NCBI GenBank assembly: GCA_010356995.1 | Contig: ML996699.1 | Coordinates: 216,323-280,322 of the forward strand | Origin: Trichodelitschia bisporula | Lineage: Eukaryota | Length of the DNA stretch: 64,000 nucleotides | Direction: 5' to 3' | Shown: piece after piece, positions 37,309 to 47,271 of the stretch | Numbering within the stretch: the first letter of the stretch is position 1 | How the letters are laid out: every line of letters starts with the position of its first letter | Position numbers and translations under genes: made by a program | The notes under the pieces: model-generated | The model's database searches: none | What the model was told of the DNA's origin: nothing | Seen by the model: only the letters and a program-made list of their open reading frames with translations

Positions 37309-38209
37309 ATGGCCGCCCCCCACTCCCTCCAGACCCAAAACATCCCCCCCTCCATCCGCGAACCCAGCACCGCAACCCCCGACAGCGCCTCGCCCGCGCG
37401 AGGCAAAGCCATGGTCGCCGCCCTCCACCGCCGCCTCCGGCCAACCTACCCCCTCGTGCACGGCTGGGACTTCTGGCACGACCGACAAAACCGCAAAGCC
37501 GGCAGCGAAGCCTCAACCACGCGGTACGAAGACCGACTCGTAAAACTGCACTCCATCACCGACGTCAAGCACTTCTGGGAGCTGTACAACAACTTCGATC
37601 TCAGCGACTTGCCGCTGCGGGATAGCGTGCATTTGTTTAAACAGGGTGTGAAGCCGCTGTGGGAGGATGCGCGGAATGTAAGGGGGGGCGCGTGGACGTT
37701 TCGCGTGCCGAAGGAGAGGGCGGGGGAGTTTTGGCAGCATGTTAGTTTGCTGGCGATTGGGGAGAAGTTGCAGGATGCGGTGTCGAGCTCAAGGACGAGT
37801 ACGTTACCCCCTCCCTGGCGTCATTTTCGTTCCCTACTAACGCCCCGCAGCCTTCGTCGACGACATCTGCGGCTTATCCTACAGCGTGCGCTTCAACTCC
37901 GTGCTCATCACCATCTGGAACCGCGACGCAGACCACGCAGAGGGCATACAACGCATCCTAGACACCACCCTCGAGAACATGCCCGAGGGTCTAGTGCCCT
38001 CCACCCCCACGGGCTATTACTACAAGAAGCACTCGGAACACTCCGGTTTCACCGCGCCGGGCGTAGCTAGGACGTCAGCGTCCGCACCAGCCTCCACTCC
38101 GGCTCCGGCGCCGATACCGCGGTGGGGACCGGGAGCTTCCCCGCTCGCTGAGGAAGTCGAGCCCGAACTCGAAGCTTCGGCCGGAGCAGAGCGTGCGCCG
38201 AGTCCGTAA
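37309..38209 (+). CDS. eIF4E-family cap-binding protein (non-canonical paralogue), 2 exons
   Basis: YPLVHGWDFWHD, FWELYNNF, HLFKQGVKPLWEDARNVRGGAWTF, AIGE, DDICGLSYSVRFNSVLITIWNRD, YYKKH. Confidence 0.9.
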
Positions 38210-38510
38210 TGCCGCCTGGATGAGCGACTTTTTGGATAATCAGCATTTCGGGAGTTTGGGCTGGGATTCGAAGGGAATCTGGACGCATATGCTCCATGGC
38301 AGGGCACGGTATAGGTTAGGTAGGCGAGGCTGGATATCACGCTGGTAGCTTTAGTAGCGTTTTCGCCCCCAAAATGGAGGCCTGTTCGTGAATTCATGCC
38401 TTGTACGCTGTAGCCGTGCGCCGCGCTCTGTCCCTAACCGGCATATATGCGCCATCAAAATCCCAACGCCACGCTCCCATAAAACATCCCCTCCCCATGC
38501 ACAGTCCAGC

Positions 38511-39083
38511 CTAGCCAAAAACCCCCGCCCTCCGCATAACCCCCTCGAACTCCTCCCTCCCCACCCCCCTCTTCCACCCTTCCCCATTCTCCCCACTCGC
38601 CTCCCGCAACATATCCACCAAAACCCCCTCCTCCACCTCCTCCCCCAAATCCCTCGCTATCCGCCTCAAATGCCCCAGCGTAATCGGGCCCTTTGTCCCA
38701 CGCGTAAACAACTTATACGCCGCATCTATCTCCGCCCTCTCCATCCTATCCGCGCCTCCTTCCTCGGCCGCGTCGCGCAGGCGCAGTGCTGCATAGCTCG
38801 CGAACGGCGCGAGGGGCACAAACCCCGTACTCAGCGGGTCGAGCGTGGAGAGCAGGTCGGGCATCGAGGGCGGGGGTGGAATGTCCAGCGCCACGAGGCA
38901 GCGGCGCACGTCGACGGCGCGCAGGACGCCGTCTTTGGCATCTGGGTAGGAGGGCGCGTCAACGGCGAAGAGCGCGAAGGCGGTGCGGATTGCTTCTTGG
39001 GTTGCTTTTGGGAGGGCGCGTTTGCGGGGCGGCTGGTGGCGGTTAATTATCAGACCGAAGGAGACGGTTTTGGAACTTGCCAT
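38511..39083 (-). CDS. EF-hand (centrin/calmodulin-like) protein with degenerate EF loops
   Basis: IRTAFALF, DVRRCLVAL, LDPLSTGFV, EIDAAYKLFT...GPITLGHLRRIARDL...LVDMLREA...VGREEFEGVMRRAGVF. The start is uncertain because the frame is open to 39356. Confidence 0.8.
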   Translation of the reverse strand: MASSKTVSFGLIINRHQPPRKRALPKATQEAIRTAFALFAVDAPSYPDAKDGVLRAVDVRRCLVALDIPPPPSMPDLLSTLDPLSTGFVPLAPFASYAALRLRDAAEEGGADRMERAEIDAAYKLFTRGTKGPITLGHLRRIARDLGEEVEEGVLVDMLREASGENGEGWKRGVGREEFEGVMRRAGVFG

Positions 39084-39754
39084 GATTGAGAGACGGAATG
39101 AGGGCGACGCGGGCGCGGATGTAGATTTAGGGCCCTGGAAGCGGGGAAGCTTCTTTGGCTTCTTTGTGGGGTGGGGCGCCGGAGGGCTTTTGTTCGATGT
39201 CGTAGTGATAGACGCGGAGATGGAAGCGGCGATGGACGCGGCGGCGGAGCGGGCCAGGCGCTTGGACTTCTCTGCGGCGGTGGGGTCGGGCGTACAATGT
39301 TCCGGGTGCGGAGGGCAGGTATAAAATTTCGGATGAGCTCGAAGCTTCAACGACAATCGTGGCCCGCAGTGCCTTTCGACAGCAAACTTCTTTTCTCTTC
39401 ATATCTGAGAATGCAGACCTGGATATGCCTTCATGTGCTATTCAATTGTCGGATCACACTCGCCAGTGCACGTCTGCAACGTGCAGCCACGCCGTAAGCC
39501 GTATTTTATACGCTCCATCATAGCTAGAGCTTGCCATCTCCATTTCTAGGATGAGCAAGTGTGGACAATGGAGCAAAAGCAACTACTTTCAACTGCGTCT
39601 CCGCTCCCTTCTTTGCGGGGTGTTGTGCAGCGCGTGTCATGCGCCGGAAGGATACATCTCAGTTGTGATTCATCAATTGGCTATTTTGTGATATCTGGAG
39701 CGGAGTTGCTGCATCACACCATAAAGCATCTAGAATTACCCTTCAGCCTTACAA

Positions 39755-40530
39755 TTACTTCGATTTCGTCTTCTGCCAGGCCGCATCCGCGTCTATACGT
39801 CATGTCAGCTTCGCTTCGTCCATGAAGAGTCGACCAACCTGGATGGATCTGCGGCTCCGGTATATACTTCCTCGCCTCTTGCTTGCGCTTGTAGTCACTG
39901 CCAAACTTCTTGTCCCGCGCTGAAACCACCTTATCAAAGTCCATCTGACTCACCTCCGTGAAGCTGGTCATCAGCTTCGGCATGCCCATGGGCAGCTTGT
40001 GCCCTTTATCCGTCTGCCACAGGTGAAAGACCTTGCCGTAAACGGTAACGAGGTCCTCCATCTCCTTATTTTCAGCCACTTCCCACGCAGCCTCGGGCAC
40101 CCCAGCTGGCTTGGGCATGATGAGCATGCCTGACTTGACCTCGAACACATGACTATGCCACAGCGTGCGCTCCTCAGGCGGCAGCGTCTCGAACAGCTTC
40201 GCGCTAACCATGTACTCGATGCCGATGAGTCGCGCATCCTTCTCGGGGCTATCGTACAGCAGGCACTGGCGGACATCTGCAGGTGATCGGTTAGGCTGAA
40301 GGTCTGTAAAGGTGAAGACATCTGATACCATCGTTGAGGTGTGCGCAGTAGTGATTCGTCTCCACGCAGCGGGTCGGGTCTTCGACGTACGAGTGGAAGG
40401 CGTTCAGGAAGCCGCAGACGTTCTTGAGTGGCCGGAAGTCTTGCGTCATGCCAGCTGCGGTGTCGAGGACCTTGTTCGTGGTGGAGAGAGGGCAGCCGGG
40501 TGCGCCGTGGGTAACAGGCATGGAGTCCAT
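39755..40530 (-). CDS. DUF1264 / oil-body-associated protein-like, 3 exons
   Basis: ETNHYCAHLND/DVRQCLLYDSPEKDARLIGIEYM, LWHSHVFEVKSGML, YGKVFHLWQTD. Confidence 0.88.
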
Positions 40531-42030
40531 GATTGCGTGGTGGTATGCGATGCTCTGATGAGAGTATCAAGACTGGAATTAGGGAGTGTAATGGTTGAAG
40601 ATGCTGACTGCTTCTGGAGAAGGTGAGGGTGCGGGGAGCGGGCAAGTTTATTGAGCTGCTTGATAGCAATTGCGATGGAGACATCCGACAAATGCCAGTT
40701 TTCTCATGGCTACGTCACACGTCATGGTTGCATCCCCAGGGAGAAGGCGCGGCACACGCTTGGTGGTTGACGATCGAGATTATGGGCCAAAAGGCATCCA
40801 CAACCCAGCTGCACGGGTGCCGGCCTTGTCCTTGTCAAAAGCACATCCCCGCTCCATGGCGAGAGTCCCACCGCACATGCAAAGGTTTGCTCCAACTCAC
40901 GAACCAACAGTCCCGGTTGCATGTGCCAGTGGTGGTCCAAATTAGGCCTGCCTGGAGATTGATATGATTGAGGTTCGCCGACGTGAGACTTTACCTATCA
41001 GTTCAACTGCAGCTCGTTCTTCCTGCAGGATGCTTCCGTCAGCCGCTACCGAGAGGACGTCCTATCCTCGACATCCAGAACCGCCGACGATAGCATGCCT
41101 ACGAGAACACTCATAAGTTGATATCGTCAGTTGGTACCGCACTCTCATGCCGATAACTGAAGACACTCGCTGTCCTGTGCGCTCGATGGACGCGAAGAGA
41201 GTGGAGTTCGACTTTACCGCAAGATAACAATGAGCATCTGGTCTCCACGGCCGTACCACAGCACAGTCATATCGCCCTCGCCTGTTGAGCAGAAAGGTGG
41301 AGCTTTATTCTCGTCCAGCGAGTGAATCATTGCCATTCTTCGGAGGGCGAACGGCAACTTCGGCGGACTACCGAGTGTCCACCAAGAATGCTCGACCTGC
41401 CATGCGTAGCCTTGCAACAACCATCCCCAACACATCTCCACCATGGCCACAGCCGCCTCTCAGATGCAGGAACTGTGGGATCTTACGCTTATCGACGGAG
41501 CTCCTCGTCAATTTATACTGCGCTCGTGTGGCCAAGACTCCCGCATATCGATATCACTGGCGTCTGGATCCAGGGTAGCGGAATGTACTGGAACCCGTAC
41601 CATTGACAGCCGTCATGTACCGCAATTCCCCCGGCGACTGCCGACCTAGACTCGATCAGATGTCCGATTTTTCCGGCCGGACTCGAAGAATACTAAGCCA
41701 TGACGTGGGGTAGCCACTTATCCACCATTCGTTGACTGTGTCTTGAGCACGTTAGCAGCGATGCTGATGGTACCTTCTTCTACTACAATCTTCGTATTGC
41801 TACCATCTGTTACTTCCGTGCAATCTCGTTGGACACCCGTTCTCATGAGAATTCTGCATCCGTCCTGTGTTCGCCCAAAACAGAGAAAATATTTGTCGTC
41901 GAGGTATTTCTTCCCATTCCTCCTCCTAGATCAGGCACAACAAAGAACCCGTCGATCGGAGAGTGTACATTCATTCCTATATCCATAGCTTTAATCCTCC
42001 TCGCCGTGCCACGGCAGTGGCCGTGGACTA

Positions 42031-45000
42031 ATGGATCCTCCCACAGGCGACGAGAATTCCAAGCTTAGTGTCAGCGGCGGCCGTTCTCCAGAGGCGGAAT
42101 CATCACAGCAGCCCTTGGCTATCCCCTCTGATATGAGCACAGCAGAGGGGAAGCGAAAGAAAGTCGAATTCTCAAGAGATACCGCCCCGCCTTCGCCCGA
42201 GGAACCATTATCCCCCTTCGAACATGTCTACCCAGTCAGCCCCCAGGGGAACACGACACCGAGTCCGTCCCGTCCGAGCCCAACGCTCTCGGATAGCCCG
42301 CAACATGACGAGCCGCCCCTCGTCCGCCGGAACTCGGTCTCGGATCAGGAGCTTTCAAGGCAAATCCACCATGCCTTTGGTAAGCCGTATCATCCAAAGA
42401 AGCCCGCGATCCGCAAGTCCACCTTCGTCAAACCCCCGGAGCCAGAACTCGCCGAGGAGGAGCTCCACGGCACGGTGAAGTCCCGCTCCGTCGTCGAAGC
42501 TCAGGAGCGCGCCAAACGCCTAGCAGCCAGAGTAGGGACCTACTCCGCCAACATATCGCGCGTCAACTCAACTGACACCATGGGCGATCAGATAGCCGTA
42601 GCCGGACCAAGCAGCCACGCCCCAGCAGCCGAAACCGACACGGATGACGATTCAGAGGACGATCTATACCTACGAAACGTCGATCGAAGCAAGCGCACCG
42701 GTGGAGACGGACCCGTCGAACGCGCCACAACCGAAACACGCAACCTCGTCAGTACGTTCGGAGGCGCCCAGTCCTCCGGCCGCAAACGCCCCACCCCCAT
42801 CCAGGCGCCCCCCTACGAGCCGCGACCCTACCAGTCCCGCTCCCGCAATCCGGACGAGGAGGAGTACTTGACGTCCGGTCAGGTCACGCCCATGACGGAG
42901 GGGGGCAGCATCACCGAGGAATACGTCCCCCCTCCTTCGACGTACCGCCCCGGCCTGCTTGCGGACCTGCTCACTTTGCGCGGGAAGCGCGAGCGCTATG
43001 CTTACGGCCGGTCGCGCGACTCGAGTGCCGAACCCAGCTTGACTAGTACGCCGCCGCGGTCGGGGGCGTCGACGCCGACGGGCCGTGGGAGGTTCTTCCG
43101 CCGGCGCACCCGCGAGGGGCTGCCGTATTCGGGGTCCGTTGCGCAGTTGATTGGGTCATCGTCGACGCTTGCGCTACCGACGCTTCAGTCGGCGGAGGGG
43201 TTTGCCGAGCAGGCCAAGCGGCAGCGGCCGAAGCGCCCGGAGAACCGGAAGCGGACCAGCAGTGCGTTTACCACGGCGTTGAACCGCATGTACCGCGGTC
43301 GGAACGAGGATGAGGTGCGAATCACGGTGCATATTGCCGAGACCATCGCGCGCCAGAAGTACCTGGTGAAGCTGTGCCAGGCGCTGATGATGTACGGGGC
43401 GCCGACACACCGCCTCGAGGAGTACTTGAAGATGTCAGCCCGCGTGCTCGAGATCGAGGGCCAGTTCCTGTATATCCCCGGGTGCATGATCATCGCGTTC
43501 GATGACTCCTCCACGCACACCACGGAGGTCAAGCTTGTCAAGACGACGCAGGGCGTTGACCTCGGCAAGCTGCGCGACACACACGAAATATACAAGGAAG
43601 TCGTGCACGACATGATTGGCGTCGAGGAGGCGACGCGCCGGCTGAACGCGGTCCAGCGCCGCAAGCGCAAGTACCCGCTGTGGTTCATCGTGTTCACGTA
43701 CGGGCTGGCGTCGGCGTTCGTCGGGCCCTTTGCCTTCGAAGCGCGTCTCATTGACATGCCCATCTCCTTTCTCCTCGGCATCCTCCTCGGCACGCTGCAG
43801 CACGTTTTAGCGCCCAAGTCGGACCTGTATGCGAACGTTTTCGAGATCAGCGCGGCGGTTATGTCGTCCTTCCTGGCGCGGGCGATGGGGTCCATCCGTA
43901 ACTCCCATGGCGAGTTCATCTTCTGCTTCTCCGCGCTGGCGCAAAGCGGCATCACTCTCATCCTGCCGGGCTACGCCGTGCTCTGCGCGTCCCTTGAACT
44001 GCAATCCAAAAGCATAATCGCCGGCTCCGTGCGCATGGTCTACGCGCTAATATACTCCTTCTTCCTCGGCTTCGGCATCACCGTCGGTACCGTAGTCTAC
44101 GGCCTCATGGACCACAAAGCCAGCAGCGAAACCACGTGCGGGAACAAAATCCCCACGGGCTACTACATCCTCTTCGTCCCCGGCTTCACCATCTGCCTCA
44201 TCATCATCAACCGCGCGAAATGGAAACAAGCACCCATAATGATGGTCATAGCCCTCTCGGGCTACGTCGTCAACTTCTTCGCCAGCCGCCACCTCCACGG
44301 CAACACCCAGGTCATAAACACCCTCTCCGCCCTCGTCATCGGCATCGAAGCGAATCTCTACTCCCGCCTCGGGCCCCGCTGCGACAACTACGTCTCCCAC
44401 AAATGGGCCCGCTACGTACAACCCTGGCTTAGGCCGCGCCTCCGTCCCGTCCGCCGCTTCGCCCGCCACTTCGCCCGGCACACGCGCCGCGCGGTCCGGC
44501 GTGCCGAGCGCTACGTCCCCCGCACCGCCCGCCTGCCATGGATCAAGTGGCTCAAGCGCGTGCCCAAGCTACTGCGCCGCCGCAAACCCCTCCCCGAAGA
44601 TCCAGAGGAAAAGGCCCGCGAGGAAGAAGCGGCGGACCGGCGGGACGCGCGGCTGAAGAGGCGGGCGGAGCGGCGGGCGGCACGCGGGGATGGGTACCCG
44701 CTTAGGCGGGCGCGAGTGCGGAAGGAGCGGGGGAGCGATGAGTCCGGGTCGGAGTCTGAGTCTGAGGGGAGTAGTTCGAGTTCGGAGAGCCCGGAGCGGC
44801 CGGTGCGGGACAAGGTTGGGTTTGGGCTTGCGGCGGCGGCGATGTTGCCCGCTATTTTTGTGCAGGTGCCGAGTGGGCTCGCCGTAGGGGGCAGTTTACT
44901 GAGTGGTCTGGCGAGTGCGGATGAGCTGGTTAATGGGGAGGGTCAAACGACGGTGGTGAGCAATGCGAGGGACGCGACGGTGATGAATGGGACGGCGTTT

Positions 45001-45114
45001 AATGTCGGGTACAGCGTTATTCAGGTGGCGATTGGGATTACGGTTGGCTTATTCCTGAGCGCGTGGATTGTGTATCCGTTTGGGAAGAAGAGGAGTGGGC
45101 TGTTTAGCTTTTAG
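42031..45114 (+). CDS. PRM10: Pheromone-regulated membrane protein Prm10 / ThrE-family (DUF1212) exporter, intronless, 1027 aa
   Basis: ITVHIA...RQKYLVKLCQALMMYGAPTHRLEEYL, YIPGCMIIAFDD, ILPGYAVLCASLEL...AGSVRM, LPAIFVQVPSGLA, IQVAIGITVGLF...YPFGKKRSGLFSF. Confidence 0.92.
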   Translation: MDPPTGDENSKLSVSGGRSPEAESSQQPLAIPSDMSTAEGKRKKVEFSRDTAPPSPEEPLSPFEHVYPVSPQGNTTPSPSRPSPTLSDSPQHDEPPLVRRNSVSDQELSRQIHHAFGKPYHPKKPAIRKSTFVKPPEPELAEEELHGTVKSRSVVEAQERAKRLAARVGTYSANISRVNSTDTMGDQIAVAGPSSHAPAAETDTDDDSEDDLYLRNVDRSKRTGGDGPVERATTETRNLVSTFGGAQSSGRKRPTPIQAPPYEPRPYQSRSRNPDEEEYLTSGQVTPMTEGGSITEEYVPPPSTYRPGLLADLLTLRGKRERYAYGRSRDSSAEPSLTSTPPRSGASTPTGRGRFFRRRTREGLPYSGSVAQLIGSSSTLALPTLQSAEGFAEQAKRQRPKRPENRKRTSSAFTTALNRMYRGRNEDEVRITVHIAETIARQKYLVKLCQALMMYGAPTHRLEEYLKMSARVLEIEGQFLYIPGCMIIAFDDSSTHTTEVKLVKTTQGVDLGKLRDTHEIYKEVVHDMIGVEEATRRLNAVQRRKRKYPLWFIVFTYGLASAFVGPFAFEARLIDMPISFLLGILLGTLQHVLAPKSDLYANVFEISAAVMSSFLARAMGSIRNSHGEFIFCFSALAQSGITLILPGYAVLCASLELQSKSIIAGSVRMVYALIYSFFLGFGITVGTVVYGLMDHKASSETTCGNKIPTGYYILFVPGFTICLIIINRAKWKQAPIMMVIALSGYVVNFFASRHLHGNTQVINTLSALVIGIEANLYSRLGPRCDNYVSHKWARYVQPWLRPRLRPVRRFARHFARHTRRAVRRAERYVPRTARLPWIKWLKRVPKLLRRRKPLPEDPEEKAREEEAADRRDARLKRRAERRAARGDGYPLRRARVRKERGSDESGSESESEGSSSSSESPERPVRDKVGFGLAAAAMLPAIFVQVPSGLAVGGSLLSGLASADELVNGEGQTTVVSNARDATVMNGTAFNVGYSVIQVAIGITVGLFLSAWIVYPFGKKRSGLFSF

Positions 45115-46062
45115 CTTTTGGGCATTGGGTGGTGTTTTGGTGCGGTGGGTGGATGGGCATATAGATTTTTGCTTTGGATGATTCCCTCGACGTCTCGCGA
45201 GCGCGTCGTGGAGACTGATGCATGGCATAGCATAGAACTGGACGTAATCAGCAGATGAACCGCGAGGCTCGGAAGAGCACCCACCGCAGTCCCGTACCAA
45301 GTATCCCGAAGCAAGCTCCACCATTACCGCAGCACGCATCACTCAAACCACCAAGTCTTTCAACACTGATGTCCCACTCGAGACCGCAGTCCCGCCTGAA
45401 TTACTCTCCGTACCTAACTAGCAGCGCGCGTGCGTCGACAACAAAGCTGATACCCTCGGCTAGCGTCTGATGTGATGGATAAAGGCAAGCGAGGGATGAG
45501 TGCGAATCCCCAGGCGCACGAGGCGCAAAGTGCAAAGCAAAGAAAAGACGCTGAACCTCCCTCGATCACCATATAGGGCCTGTCCAGCCCGTCAGTCCCA
45601 CCCCAACCTCCCACAGATTGCTGATATGCGCGAAAAAGAAACCATTCTTGTGACCAAAAGGGGAATAACAGGCGTGAAGTGAACATAGAAAAACGGTACC
45701 ACATCTCATCAGCAAGGGAGTATGCGCGCAAAAAAAAAATAGATGAGTTAAAGGAAATAACGAGACTGGTACATCTCACGCTCCGCCGCCATGATAACCC
45801 CCGCTCACGCTGCAAACGCAAGACACGCCATCTCGCAGCGCCAATAAAGTGTAAATGTCGCCATTGAAGATGAATCGAGAACTCAGAACGCCCTAGTGGT
45901 AACAAGTTACAATGAAATAAATCGACCATCCAGCAACGTCCCAACTGCCGGACTGCTTAGCCAGTCCATGAAATCATCGCGATCGGCTGAATCCCAGCAC
46001 TTTTCCCACCCATCGAGGTCGTAGGTAATGAAGCTGCCATACTATAGGCCGTTGCGGTTGAC

Positions 46063-47271
46063 TTAGATCAGACCGCACATCCGCAAGTTCTCTTGAATGA
46101 TGATATCTACGAAATTAGTAATTGTATATAGAGTATACGGAAAGGATTATATACCATTCACCGCCGCCATGACGAAGCGGATTTGCATAGTGTCGGTCGC
46201 GCACGTAAAGTGCGTATAGATCTGCTTCGTCTCGTGCTGGTTCAGCGACACGAAACGGTTCAAGATGTAGTCGCACGCCGCCTGGTAGTCTGAGCCGCCC
46301 TCATAATCGGGGAAGTAGTTCTTCATCGGGCTGATAGGAAGCTTCTCCTTGAAGCGATCGATCTTGTTCAGGAAAAGAATGATTGATGTCTTGATGAACC
46401 ACCGCGAGTTGCAGATGGAGTCAAACAGTGTCAACGCCTCTTGCATGCGGTTCACCGTCTCGTCCTCAAAGAGCAACTGATCGTACTCGGAGATGGCGAC
46501 AAGGAAGAGGATAGTAGTGACGTTCTCGAAGCAGTGGATCCACTTCTTCCGCTCTGACCGCTGGCCACCGACGTCGAACATGCGGTACGTCAGGTCGCCG
46601 ATGATGAAGGTGGTCTCGGTGATACCGGTGGTCTTGACACGCGAGCGCAGGACGTCTTGGTCATTGGGGATGTAATCGGGAGCGGCGATGCGGTCAATCG
46701 AATCAAAGTAGCTGTGATAGGTCAGTTACCGCAATCGTCAACTTATCGTTGGTAGTCAAACGTACTACTTGGCCGAGTCATTCAGCTGGTATTCCCGCGA
46801 CCGTTGGAAGCAGGATTGGACGCCAGCATCCTTCCAGAGCACGGCAATGGCGTTGCCAACCTCCGTGGGTAACCGATCGCCTTCGATTTGCGAGGGTTGC
46901 ATGAAGATGGTCTGCACATGGTAGTCGGCGCGCTGGTCGGCAAGCGGGAGTTCGAGCGACTCCATGGCTTCGAGGATGACGCGCATCGATTGGACGGTGT
47001 TGGAGAAGATTATTTCCTTGAACGACTCTCGCTCATCCCTCGAGTAGCCGCCCTCATGGATGAGCTTCATCTGCTTCAGAATCGTGGACTTTCCAGATTC
47101 ACCGGCACCTAAGACGATAAGAAGAGTGTAGTCGGTGGTCAGGGTCTACGCACCTAGGAGCAGCATCTTGATCTCATTGCGCTGCATCAAGCGATCCTTC
47201 TTGAGCTGGTTCTCAATCTCCTCATTCCGGGCCTTGCCCTCCTTCTCCTCTGTGCTCATACCACAACCCAT
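46063..47271 (-). CDS. fadA: Heterotrimeric G protein alpha subunit, fungal group I (FadA/GNA-1), 4 coding exons
   Basis: [20 protein letters not shown] (myristoylation/palmitoylation N-terminus), [37 protein letters not shown]-terminal CGLI*. Confidence 0.97.
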
